Shown: positions 16,309 through 25,385 of the stretch, one piece after another
Position numbering within the stretch: the first letter of the stretch is position 1
How the letters are laid out: each line of letters begins with the position of its first letter
NCBI GenBank assembly: GCA_015660615.1
Contig: DQKQ01000007.1
Coordinates: forward strand, 1-38,414
Reading direction: 5' to 3'
DNA from: Flavobacteriales bacterium
GTDB taxonomy: Bacteria > Bacteroidota > Bacteroidia > Flavobacteriales_D > Sanyastnellaceae
Length of the DNA stretch: 38,414 bases
Program-made: the position numbers and the translations under genes
Notes under the pieces: model-generated
What the model was told of the DNA's origin: nothing
Database searches by the model: none
Seen by the model: the letters and a program-made list of their open reading frames with translations, nothing else

Positions 16309-17657
16309 TCTAGAAGTGTTTTTTCCACTACCGCAATGTAGTTCACCCATGCCTCCCTCAGTGCTTTTGATTTGTTATCATTCCAAAAAAGTTCCCCCTC
16401 TACAGCGTCGTTGTGATCATGTAAATGACCTTTTAACCAACTATAAAATCGATTTCCGAAAGTGGCAAAAGACCAGAATGAGAAAAAGACCTCGAAGAAA
16501 GGGCTCCAACCGAAAAAGCTGAATCCTATACCTGAAGCTAACCCTCCAAGAATAGCAGCCATAATGGTCCAAGTAATCGGATATACAAACAACCCCGCAC
16601 ATATTTTCAGAGTGCTTCTAAACGCAATCGCCTTCACTTGGTCTCCTTTAATATTTAAGAAAATTTGCTGAAGAAAAGTCGGTGCATTTGCTATCCAACT
16701 CAGTGGCTTGAGAGCTACAGCCCACCACTTCTTCTTTCTCACATCTCCATTGCTTAATCCCCAGGCCTCGACTCTCATTTTGTTTGAGTCAAATCCTTCT
16801 TTTCTTAGCTTCTCAGCAGCATCTGCTATATCATCGACATTTCCCATATTAGATATTTTATCTAAATCACGAGTAATTTTTGTCCAACCTTCAACTGAAG
16901 CTTCTGTAGTCCTTAATGCATTTACGTAGTGGATAATATCATCGTACTTCTCGTAAGGTCTAATATCTACAGCTATATTTCTCATTGCTGCTTGAATCCT
17001 TTCTGAAAGTTTCTGAAAGTGAACTTTGCCAGTTTTCTTGTCGTATAAATCCACCCATTCAATAGGTTTGCCAATTCTTAGACAAAAACGTCTCCTGAAG
17101 TCAGGGTAATCCTCGTAGTCAAGACCTAAAGGAATGACTTTAAGTCTTTTCAAATTATCGTACTTACTTACAGCACGACCCAGCAGATCACTCAGCCCAC
17201 TTTTAATTCCCCGGATAGTTTTTTGTGGATTGTGATTCCCCTCTGGGAAAAGAGAAAGAATAGCTCCGATATCTAATCTCTCAATACAGCAATCCCATAT
17301 TACATCATTCCTTTCTCTCGAATCTGGAAGCAGATCTCTCTTTCTGTAAATTGGAATACCGTGGCATTTAAAAAGGAACTTACGTACAAAGGGATTCCAA
17401 AAAACATCTGCCCTTGTTAGCCAATGAAGTTGTTGCTTTAATAATCCCGAAATCATCATGGGATCCATCAGTCCATTCTGATGATTAGAGACAAAAATAA
17501 CAGGACATTTCCCCTTAGGCAGATTGTTTTGACCTTCATAAGTAGTAATTCTATGAAATCTCTTAATGCCCTGCTTCACTAATTCTCTTGTCAAGAGATG
17601 TGTCAGTGTAACTCGTTGAATAGGCGGTGTTAAAACGGGTATTTTCTCCTTACTCAT
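16305..17657 (-). CDS. PlsC-like lysophospholipid/glycerolipid acyltransferase with a C-terminal two-helix membrane anchor
   Basis: HX4D motif NHQNGLMDP, FPEGNHN block, and a hydrophobic C-terminal segment (FVYPITWTIMAAILGGLASGIGFSFFGW). Confidence 0.7.
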   Translation of the reverse strand: MSKEKIPVLTPPIQRVTLTHLLTRELVKQGIKRFHRITTYEGQNNLPKGKCPVIFVSNHQNGLMDPMMISGLLKQQLHWLTRADVFWNPFVRKFLFKCHGIPIYRKRDLLPDSRERNDVIWDCCIERLDIGAILSLFPEGNHNPQKTIRGIKSGLSDLLGRAVSKYDNLKRLKVIPLGLDYEDYPDFRRRFCLRIGKPIEWVDLYDKKTGKVHFQKLSERIQAAMRNIAVDIRPYEKYDDIIHYVNALRTTEASVEGWTKITRDLDKISNMGNVDDIADAAEKLRKEGFDSNKMRVEAWGLSNGDVRKKKWWAVALKPLSWIANAPTFLQQIFLNIKGDQVKAIAFRSTLKICAGLFVYPITWTIMAAILGGLASGIGFSFFGWSPFFEVFFSFWSFATFGNRFYSWLKGHLHDHNDAVEGELFWNDNKSKALREAWVNYIAVVEKTLLE

Positions 17658-17660
17658 GCA

Positions 17661-20132
17661 TTAACGGAGTGTTGCACCAGTTGCCTTCATAATTCCCTCT
17701 AGAATCCTTGCTACGCTCTTATCGATCTGTTTGTCAGTAAGGGTTTTACTTTCATCTTGTAAGAGAAGTCCTACAGCATAACTTACCTTACCCTTCTCAA
17801 GTTTATCTCCTTCATAAACGTCAAATAATGACATCTCTTTTAGGATTTTATTTTCGGCTTTAAAAGCAAATTCTTTAATAGATTCGAAACTAATACCTTT
17901 ATCAATAATTAATGACAGGTCTCTTTTTACAGAAGGGAATTTAGGGAGTTCTTTAGCAATAATTTTTCTTTTCTTCCGAGCTTTCAATAGCGGCTTCACC
18001 AGTAAATCTGCCCAAAATACAGGCTCGTCAACTTTGCACATTTTTGTAACGTCTGGGTGTACTTGTCCAAATCTACCAATGACATTGTTTCCAATTTTAA
18101 TCACATTACCTTCTAGCAGTAATCCTCCTTCATCAACTATTTCGCTCACTTTAGAACTCACACCGACTTGATCCAGCAATTCTCCTACTGCGTCCTTCAG
18201 AGTAAACATATCTACATTATCGTCTTGTTCATTCCAGTTTACTGGCATCTTCCTCCCTGTAATCCACAAGCTTAAATGCTCGGTTTCTTTATATCCAGAT
18301 GTCTCCCCTTTATCGTTCACTTTGTAAGTCCTCCCAAATTCAAAAAGTTTTAAATCTGCAGATTTGTGATTTTTATTTCTCGCGATTGCCTCTAACCCTT
18401 GAAAGACGAGACTTTGCCTCATCACCCCTAAATCGCCACTCAGCGGATTGAGAATTTCAACAGTAGTCTTGGGATTAAGGTCGGAGTCTTTCCAACACTG
18501 CTCTGAATAGGCAGCCTTTGTTAGTGAATTCGACATAATTTCGTTATATCCTCTAGCCACAAGCGTCGATGCAAGGCCAAACAGTATATCCTCTTTATCG
18601 GGCTCCGATGACACTTCAAGAGTTGAAGAAATTCGAGAGGGAATCTCTATTTGATCAAATCCATGAACTCTAAGAATTTCCTCAACAACGTCTGCCGGCC
18701 TAGTAACATCACTGCGGTAAGCAGAAACCATCAAGTTCATCCCTTCCTTACTTTCTGACCGTACCTCAATATCAAGCGCTCCTAAGATTGACTTCACGTG
18801 AGTTCTATCCAGCTTCAATCCTATCATCTTATCGAGCATATCCCATTTGAGGTCAACCTCATATCCAGGTGCAGAGTTCGTTTCCCCGAGCTCTACAGCC
18901 CCAACTACTTTAGCTCCGCTCCACTCACAAATCAGTTCTGCCGCTCTTTCTGCTGCCGCCTTCACCATATTCGGATCCACCTGTCTCTCGAACCTGAAAG
19001 AAGCGTCTGTATAAAGTCCATGCCTCTTAGCGGATTTTCTCACGGAGACGGGATTGAAGAATGCAGACTCTAATAAAATGCGGGTGGTACTATCGCTTAC
19101 TCCGTGCTTAGAACTACCAAATACTCCCGCTATGCACATCGCCTCGTTCGCGTCTGCAATTACGAGGTCTGACGAGTTTAACTTTCGTTCTGTAGAATCG
19201 AGAGTAGTTATTTTCTCGCCATTAGCGGCAAGCCTCACTTTCAGTTCTCCTTGGATAGTTTCGGTGTCGAAGGCGTGGAGTGGTTGGCCTAACTCATGAA
19301 GAACATAGTTAGTAGCATCCACAACATTGTTAATTGGAGTGCACCCTATTCCACGAAGAAACCTCTGTGCATGCTCTGGCGAAGGCGCAATCTTCACACC
19401 CTCTAACTCGACTAAAGTATAACGTGGGGCTAAATCACTTACCTCTACAGATGCTTTAAAACCTCCTGTGAGTCCTTTCGAGAAGTCAATGTTAGATCCA
19501 CCTAGTGTCTCGATTTTATCAAGTCCTGTTTGAGTAAACTCGCTAACGGTTCCGTGCATAAGGCCAGCCCTCAGATCTCGAGCTACGCCTAAGTGCCCCA
19601 TCGCATCATTTCTGTTAGGTGTTAGTCCGAGTTCGAGAACTTCGTCCGATCCGACCTCAAAAACTTCGCTTACAAGTGTGCCTGGACTCCACTTTTGATC
19701 CAGCTGTATTATTCCACCGTTAGGTGTTCCCACACCTACTTCCTCAGCTCCACAAAGCATTCCGAGACTTACCTCACCACGAATCTTCCCTTTCTTAATC
19801 TTAAATGGTTCGCCTTCCATAGGACAAAGTTCAGCTCCAACAGTAGCTACAACCACTTTTAATCCTTTAGCGGCATTAGGTGCGCCACAAACAATATCAA
19901 GCGCGTCTCCTGAGCCTATATCAACTTTGCAACAACGAAGTCTATCTGCATTTGGGTGCTGGTGGCATTCTGTAATATGTCCCACTACGAGCCCGCGCAA
20001 TCCACCCGGGACATCATCAACGGTCTCTACTCCTTCTATCTCAAGTCCTGTAGCTGTTAACACTACTGCAGCATCATCTGCTGATAGTGCAACACTTAGG
20101 AACTCCTTAATCTTTCTATATGATACCTTCAT
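17661..20132 (-). CDS. pheT: Phenylalanine--tRNA ligase beta subunit
   Basis: 823 aa. N-terminal tRNA-binding domain (HPNADRLRCCKVDIG), B3/4 and B5 regions, and a C-terminal anticodon-binding-like domain. Confidence 0.95.
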   Translation of the reverse strand: MKVSYRKIKEFLSVALSADDAAVVLTATGLEIEGVETVDDVPGGLRGLVVGHITECHQHPNADRLRCCKVDIGSGDALDIVCGAPNAAKGLKVVVATVGAELCPMEGEPFKIKKGKIRGEVSLGMLCGAEEVGVGTPNGGIIQLDQKWSPGTLVSEVFEVGSDEVLELGLTPNRNDAMGHLGVARDLRAGLMHGTVSEFTQTGLDKIETLGGSNIDFSKGLTGGFKASVEVSDLAPRYTLVELEGVKIAPSPEHAQRFLRGIGCTPINNVVDATNYVLHELGQPLHAFDTETIQGELKVRLAANGEKITTLDSTERKLNSSDLVIADANEAMCIAGVFGSSKHGVSDSTTRILLESAFFNPVSVRKSAKRHGLYTDASFRFERQVDPNMVKAAAERAAELICEWSGAKVVGAVELGETNSAPGYEVDLKWDMLDKMIGLKLDRTHVKSILGALDIEVRSESKEGMNLMVSAYRSDVTRPADVVEEILRVHGFDQIEIPSRISSTLEVSSEPDKEDILFGLASTLVARGYNEIMSNSLTKAAYSEQCWKDSDLNPKTTVEILNPLSGDLGVMRQSLVFQGLEAIARNKNHKSADLKLFEFGRTYKVNDKGETSGYKETEHLSLWITGRKMPVNWNEQDDNVDMFTLKDAVGELLDQVGVSSKVSEIVDEGGLLLEGNVIKIGNNVIGRFGQVHPDVTKMCKVDEPVFWADLLVKPLLKARKKRKIIAKELPKFPSVKRDLSLIIDKGISFESIKEFAFKAENKILKEMSLFDVYEGDKLEKGKVSYAVGLLLQDESKTLTDKQIDKSVARILEGIMKATGATLR

Positions 20133-20160
20133 AATTGGTTTTAAAGTGATGCAAAGTTAC

Positions 20161-20168
20161 TAACTTTG
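20161..20168 (+). promoter_or_regulatory. -7 promoter box for tRNA-Pro
   Basis: TAACTTTG is a perfect match to the Bacteroidota TAnnTTTG consensus and ends 11 nt before the first tRNA base. Confidence 0.45.
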
Positions 20169-20179
20169 AGTCCCCAAAT

Positions 20180-20252
20180 CGGGATGTAGCTCAGTTGGTA
20201 GAGTACGCGTCTGGGGGACGTGAAGTCGCAGGTTCAAGTCCTGTCATCCCGA
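20180..20252 (+). tRNA. tRNA-Pro (anticodon GGG)
   Basis: Hand-folded cloverleaf. Acceptor stem CGGGATG/CATCCCG, D arm GCTC-AGTTGGTA-GAGT, anticodon arm CGCGT-CTGGGGG-ACGTG (anticodon GGG, G37), variable loop AAGTC, T arm GCAGG-TTCAAGT-CCTGT, discriminator A. CCA is not encoded. Confidence 0.9.
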
Positions 20253-20303
20253 CAATAAATCCGCAAGGGCATATACACGCAGTGTGTCACCTCTTTTGCA
20301 TAG

Positions 20304-20311
20304 TAATTTTG
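20304..20311 (+). promoter_or_regulatory. -7 promoter box for the 113-aa ORF
   Basis: TAATTTTG is a perfect TAnnTTTG match and ends 19 nt upstream of the ATG at 20331. Confidence 0.4.
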
Positions 20312-20330
20312 AGGACTTAAAACGTAAATA

Positions 20331-20672
20331 ATGGATTTTGCATTCGAGAAAGACTGGAATAAGTTGGTTAAGATGATGATGGATAGGTTTGGCGAGCAGC
20401 CCGATGTTACTTCAATGGTGTTTGCGGTAGGGTTGCAAGAAGTGTCCCAAGGTCCAAGTGAATACAAGAAGGATGATAAGGTTAACCTGATTCATGTAGG
20501 TATATGCACCTTGTTAGAACCACTGGGGTATTATAAAACTCTCGGTTTAGATGATGATGGTTGGCCACATTTTGAAAGAGTGGGGGAGTTGCCAGAACTA
20601 GATTCAGATGAACAAGAATTATTGTTAAAGCGTCAACTAGTGGACTACTTTGCTGCTTGGATAGATGAATAG
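20331..20672 (+). CDS. Small acidic cytoplasmic protein of unknown function
   Basis: 113-aa ORF with its own -7 box, no signal peptide, and the central motif HVGICTLLEPLGYYK...DDDGWPHFE. I recognise no family. Confidence 0.55.
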   Translation: MDFAFEKDWNKLVKMMMDRFGEQPDVTSMVFAVGLQEVSQGPSEYKKDDKVNLIHVGICTLLEPLGYYKTLGLDDDGWPHFERVGELPELDSDEQELLLKRQLVDYFAAWIDE

Positions 20673-20680
20673 ATTTGCGA

Positions 20681-21064
20681 CTACTCTACAATTACCTCTT
20701 CGCTATTTGTCTCCATCTCCTCAATTTTTATGAGGCCAGAACCGTATAGAGATCCTTTACTAGCTTCGATATCTAGCACGGCAAATCCCGCTTGGCCACC
20801 AACGTAGAAATTAGAAAAATCAAAAGAAACGAAGCCTTCTTCAGAAGTTGTTCGGGTAGTGTCAAACCTAGGCTCACCAACAAAATCTTCATCTAGAGAT
20901 CCGAGAGCAAAGAGGCGAACATCACAGCCAGCAACCGGGATTTTTTCACCCACAGCATCGACTCTATAAACCTGAATATTTGCGACGGTATCTTCAATTT
21001 TATAACAACTAGAAGCAAAAATTACGATTGCAGCGAGAGTGAGTGTTGGAAATAGGCGGTTCAT
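20681..21064 (-). CDS. Small lipoprotein of unknown function
   Basis: 127 aa, lipoprotein signal LAAIVIFASSC. The beta-rich mature part does not overlap other genes. Confidence 0.5.
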   Translation of the reverse strand: MNRLFPTLTLAAIVIFASSCYKIEDTVANIQVYRVDAVGEKIPVAGCDVRLFALGSLDEDFVGEPRFDTTRTTSEEGFVSFDFSNFYVGGQAGFAVLDIEASKGSLYGSGLIKIEEMETNSEEVIVE

Positions 21065-21115
21065 AGCAGTAGGGGTTATAACTTAGCGTGTTCAATTCCG
21101 AAGGTTACAAATATC

Positions 21116-21826
21116 ATGAAAAAATCTTATACTAACACAATTTTAGGAACATTCGCTTTATTATTTGGTGCCATTATTATGATGTCTGTATCAGGATGTG
21201 ATAAAAAAGAGGCTTCTAATACTAATCGCAAAGCCGTTATTCACACAGAATTTGGTGATATGATAGTTCTCCTTTCAGACTCTACCCCTTTACACAGAGA
21301 TAACTTTCTAAAGCTCACTGAAGAAGGTTTTTACGAAAATTTACTCTTTCACAGAGTCATGAAAGGCTTTATGGTCCAAGGTGGAGACCCCAATAGTCGT
21401 GATGCTCAGCAAGGGGCTAGACTTGGAAGTGGTGGGCCGGGTTACACTGTTGAGAATGAAATCAGAGCAGACCACATCCATATTAAGGGTGCTTTATCTG
21501 CTGCTAGACAGCCAGATAACGTGAATCCTGATTTTCGTTCCTCAGGTAGTCAATTCTATATAGTCGATGGAAAAACATACAAAACAGGAGAGTTGAAGTC
21601 ATTCGAGCATAAACTTAGGGCAGATAACCCCGAGTTTTCTTACACAGATGATCATATAAACCAGTATGCAGACCTAGGTGGAACTCCATTTCTTGATATG
21701 AATTATACAGTTTTTGGATTAGTCATAGAAGGAATTGATATAATAGATTCTATTGCAGCAAGAAAAGTAGCTAGAGGAAACAGGCCATTAGTGGATATTA
21801 AATTTAGTGTTGAAGTACTGAAATAA
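21116..21826 (+). CDS. Cyclophilin-type peptidyl-prolyl cis-trans isomerase, lipoprotein
   Basis: Lipobox MSVSGC and cyclophilin signature FHRVMKGFMVQGGDP ... GSQFYIV ... TVFG. Confidence 0.9.
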   Translation: MKKSYTNTILGTFALLFGAIIMMSVSGCDKKEASNTNRKAVIHTEFGDMIVLLSDSTPLHRDNFLKLTEEGFYENLLFHRVMKGFMVQGGDPNSRDAQQGARLGSGGPGYTVENEIRADHIHIKGALSAARQPDNVNPDFRSSGSQFYIVDGKTYKTGELKSFEHKLRADNPEFSYTDDHINQYADLGGTPFLDMNYTVFGLVIEGIDIIDSIAARKVARGNRPLVDIKFSVEVLK

Positions 21827-22848
21827 TGAGGGAGGAATTAGATGAATTGCTTAATGATATAGTTGGAAGAGTTTTCAATTCTATTGAAGAAGTAGAGGCT
21901 TTTCGAGTTGAGTTTTTAGGTAGACAAGGCAAGATGAAGGATCTGATGTCTCAGTTTCGAGATGTTGCCCCTGAGGACAAGCGTGAGCTCGGCCCTCTGA
22001 TTAACAAAGTCAAGGGTGCAGTGGAAGAAAGAGTTTCGTTAGAGCAAGCTGCTTTTAATCGCAAAGTAGATACAAAGGCTAGTGGAGTTGATCCCTCTCG
22101 CCCAGCTGGAGGGGTGCCACAAGGAACTCACCATCCTCTTCAAGTGGTGAGACGTGAGATTGTGGGTATATTTAAAAATATGGGCTTTGGAGTTGTAGAA
22201 GGCCCTGAGATAGAGGATGATTGGCATGTGTTTAGTGGACTCAACTTCCCCCCAGAGCATCCAGCTCGTGATATGCAAGACACTTTCTTTATTGAAAGAA
22301 ATCCTGATATGCTTCTAAGAACCCATACTAGTTCAGTACAGGTCAGGGAGATGGAGAAGCGTAAGCCACCCATGCGCATTATTATGCCTGGCCGTGTGTT
22401 CAGGAACGAGGCGGTCTCAGCTAGAGCTCATTGTATTTTTCACCAAATCGAAGGACTATACATTGACGAAGGGGTGTCATTTGCTGACTTAAAACAGAAC
22501 CTACTTCACTTTGCACAAAAGTTTTTCGGGCCTGATACTAAGATTAGGCTTAGACCCTCTTACTTCCCATTCACAGAGCCTAGCGCAGAGGTTGATGTTT
22601 ATTGGGGTCTTGAGACAGAGGTCGATAAGAAGATTACAAAGGGAACTGGGTGGCTAGAGATTCTGGGATGCGGTATGGTGGATCCTAATGTACTTGAAGT
22701 AAACGGAATCGACTCTAAAAAGTACAGTGGATTTGCTTTTGGTATGGGAATAGAGCGAATTACGATGCTTAAATACCAAATAGGTGATCTTCGTCTGTTC
22801 TTCGAAAATGACAAGCGTTTCCTAGATCAGTTCAAAGGTGAGCGATAA
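21826..22848 (+). CDS. pheS: Phenylalanine--tRNA ligase alpha subunit
   Basis: FPPEHPARDMQDTFF, class II motifs FRNE..S.RAH..FHQIEG and GFAFGMGIERITML. The ATG shares one base with the PPIase TAA (TAATG). Confidence 0.95.
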   Translation: MREELDELLNDIVGRVFNSIEEVEAFRVEFLGRQGKMKDLMSQFRDVAPEDKRELGPLINKVKGAVEERVSLEQAAFNRKVDTKASGVDPSRPAGGVPQGTHHPLQVVRREIVGIFKNMGFGVVEGPEIEDDWHVFSGLNFPPEHPARDMQDTFFIERNPDMLLRTHTSSVQVREMEKRKPPMRIIMPGRVFRNEAVSARAHCIFHQIEGLYIDEGVSFADLKQNLLHFAQKFFGPDTKIRLRPSYFPFTEPSAEVDVYWGLETEVDKKITKGTGWLEILGCGMVDPNVLEVNGIDSKKYSGFAFGMGIERITMLKYQIGDLRLFFENDKRFLDQFKGER

Positions 22849-22860
22849 TTATACTGGCTT

Positions 22861-23865
22861 TTACTCGCTGTAAACAATAGAAAGAACGGTCTTTCCTACA
22901 GCTTCGAGCGTAGATCGGTCAATCACGTCCATATTGTCGGCATGAGTATGGTGGAATGGCCCATAACCCATGGGTATCACGTTCATCCTGTAGTCTACAA
23001 TATTTACGCTCGGTACGCCACCCAATTCGCTTACGAAGAGGTTGTCGTCAATTGTAGCTGGCGTTTCCCTATTTTGAAACCATCTCCCGTACCCTAATTT
23101 TTCAGCTCTAGACCAAACCTTTCTCACTACGCTTGGCGCATACCTCATCGAGGTTCCTTCTCGATTAAAAACCGCATCTTTTGCCCCCACCATATCTAAT
23201 AGAATTCCGAATCTCGCCCTATACCCATACCGATGTGGCTGCTTAGCCCAAAGCTGACTCCCTAAACACCAATCCAAATAACTCGTGCTCGTTGAAGGAG
23301 TTCCCTCTGGAGCTCCGTAATCTTCACCATCAAAAAAGACAATATCTACTCCTACGTTTGGAGCTTTATCTCCCAATTGTCTAGCAATTTCTAGTAAAAC
23401 CCCTACTCCAGATCCTCCATCGTTGGCTCCGTCAATAGGCTCATTTATTCTGATGATATCTTTGTCAGCAAATGGCCTAGTATCCCAATGCGCGTAAAGC
23501 ATAATACGATTCTTGGAGTCGAGATTATACTGCCCCACTATATTTGATAGCTCGAGAATTTTCCCGTCAAAAGCTTTTGATTTCCCTTTCTGTACAATAA
23601 CGTTCGCGCCATGTCTCCTTAGCTCATCGGCTAACCATTCACCACAATTATCGTGCTCCACAGAATTAGGAACCCTCGGTCCAAAGGCGACCTGGCGCTC
23701 AATGTAGATGTAGGCCGAATCATTAGAAAATTCAGGCACCTCCACGCTATCTCGCCCCGCTTCAACTTCCACAACTCGTTCCTTACCACCTTCATCACTC
23801 TCGCATCCACACATGACTCCACATAAAATTAAAACTCCGACTACCAAGTTTTTCAATCTATTCAT
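22861..23865 (-). CDS. Glutaminyl-peptide cyclotransferase (animal-type / M28-fold), lipoprotein
   Basis: 334 aa, lipobox GVMCGC. Motifs line up with the QC metal and catalytic residues as I recall them: HWDTRPFAD, GANDGGSGVGVLLEIAR, FFDGEDYG, LLDMVG, HHTHADN. Confidence 0.7.
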   Translation of the reverse strand: MNRLKNLVVGVLILCGVMCGCESDEGGKERVVEVEAGRDSVEVPEFSNDSAYIYIERQVAFGPRVPNSVEHDNCGEWLADELRRHGANVIVQKGKSKAFDGKILELSNIVGQYNLDSKNRIMLYAHWDTRPFADKDIIRINEPIDGANDGGSGVGVLLEIARQLGDKAPNVGVDIVFFDGEDYGAPEGTPSTSTSYLDWCLGSQLWAKQPHRYGYRARFGILLDMVGAKDAVFNREGTSMRYAPSVVRKVWSRAEKLGYGRWFQNRETPATIDDNLFVSELGGVPSVNIVDYRMNVIPMGYGPFHHTHADNMDVIDRSTLEAVGKTVLSIVYSE

Positions 23866-25351
23866 GACTCCAGCTGCTTCCGTCTTTTCCGTCTTTAATC
23901 GAAATTCCCATATTACTTAGCGTATTTCTAATCCTATCTGCTCCGGCGTAATCTTTGTTTGCTTTAGCATCAGACCTTAATTCAACGAGCAGGTCTAACA
24001 AGTTGGTTGAGATATCTTCATTACCCTCAGCCCCAGTCATAGAATTTTCTGAAGCTTCACTCGAAAGCCCGAGTACGTCATTTACAAAGTCAGAGTAGAG
24101 AGATTTGAGGGCTGAGATTTGGTCTTTGCTAAGAGAAATTCTTCCGTCAGTAGCTGAGTTAATCCACTTCACGCCTTCGAATAATATCGCAATCAGCATA
24201 GGTGTGTTGAAGTCGTCGTTCATAGCATCATAACATTTCTGTGATAATTCCGCCACGTCGACATCCTTATTTAACTCACTCGATCCTTCGAGTTTACCTA
24301 GCGCTTCAACTGCATTTGTAAGTTTAGAAAGCCCTTTTTCAGCAGCAATTAATGCGTCATTAGAAAAGTCTAAAGTCGAAGCGTAGTGGCCCATCATCAT
24401 AAAGAATCTAACCGTCATTGGTGAGTATCCTCTTTTGAGAAGCTGATGATTTCCTGTAATTAATTCTTCTGGAGTGAAACCATTCCCCTCAGATTTAGAC
24501 ATTTTACGGCCATTTACAGTTAGCATGTTTCCATGAATCCAGTAGCCTACTGGGTTCTCAGTTTTGTTGGCAGCCACGTTTTGGGCTATTTCACACTCAT
24601 GGTGAGGGAATTTCAGATCCATTCCTCCTCCGTGAATATCGAATCTATCTCCGAGATACTTTGTGCTCATAACACTGCACTCTAAATGCCAACCGGGGAA
24701 CCCTACCCCCCACGGCGAAGGCCACCTCATAAGATGTGTCTCATCGGCTTTCTTCCAAAGGGCGAAATCTAGAGGATCTCTCTTCTCACTCTGCCCGTCA
24801 AGTGCACGCGAGTTACTCATTAGTTCATCTATTTTCCTTCCTGAAAGTTCTCCGTAAGAGTAATCTTCACTGAAAGTTCGTACGCTGAAGTAAACGTTTC
24901 CATTTACCTCATACCCATATCCGTTGTCGATAATCTTCTCAATAGAAGCAATCTGCTCGATAATGTGACCAGTTGCAGTCGGTTCGATTGAAGGAGTTAG
25001 AATGTTAAAGACTCGCATTACATCATGGAAGTCGTTGGTGTACTTATGAACAATCTCCATCGGTTCGAGTTTCTGAAGTCTCGCCATTTTTCCGATTTTA
25101 TCTTCACCCTCGTCAGTATCACCAACTAGGTGACCTACATCTGTAATATTCCGTACATATCTAACTTTATATCCGATAAATTTGAGGTATCGATAAATAA
25201 TATCGAATGAAAGGAACGTTCTAACATTACCTAAATGAACATTGCTGTATACAGTTGGCCCGCAAACATACATCCCTACATGAGGAGAATTAAGAGCCTT
25301 AAAAACCTCTTTCTTACGAGTTAGGCTATTTTGAATTTGCAGTGGTTGCAT
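23858..25351 (-). CDS. cysS: Cysteine--tRNA ligase
   Basis: HIGH-type motif [14 protein letters not shown] motif RKMSKSEGN, 497 aa. Confidence 0.95.
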   Translation of the reverse strand: MQPLQIQNSLTRKKEVFKALNSPHVGMYVCGPTVYSNVHLGNVRTFLSFDIIYRYLKFIGYKVRYVRNITDVGHLVGDTDEGEDKIGKMARLQKLEPMEIVHKYTNDFHDVMRVFNILTPSIEPTATGHIIEQIASIEKIIDNGYGYEVNGNVYFSVRTFSEDYSYGELSGRKIDELMSNSRALDGQSEKRDPLDFALWKKADETHLMRWPSPWGVGFPGWHLECSVMSTKYLGDRFDIHGGGMDLKFPHHECEIAQNVAANKTENPVGYWIHGNMLTVNGRKMSKSEGNGFTPEELITGNHQLLKRGYSPMTVRFFMMMGHYASTLDFSNDALIAAEKGLSKLTNAVEALGKLEGSSELNKDVDVAELSQKCYDAMNDDFNTPMLIAILFEGVKWINSATDGRISLSKDQISALKSLYSDFVNDVLGLSSEASENSMTGAEGNEDISTNLLDLLVELRSDAKANKDYAGADRIRNTLSNMGISIKDGKDGSSWSHE

Positions 25352-25385
25352 TTGTTGTCTTTTTAATACTTGTAACTTTACAAAA

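Noticed and set aside
20180-21064. Genomic island integrated at tRNA-Pro
   Set aside because: There is no integrase or recombinase, I found no direct repeat of the tRNA 3' end in the window, and ordinary housekeeping genes (PPIase, pheS) follow immediately.
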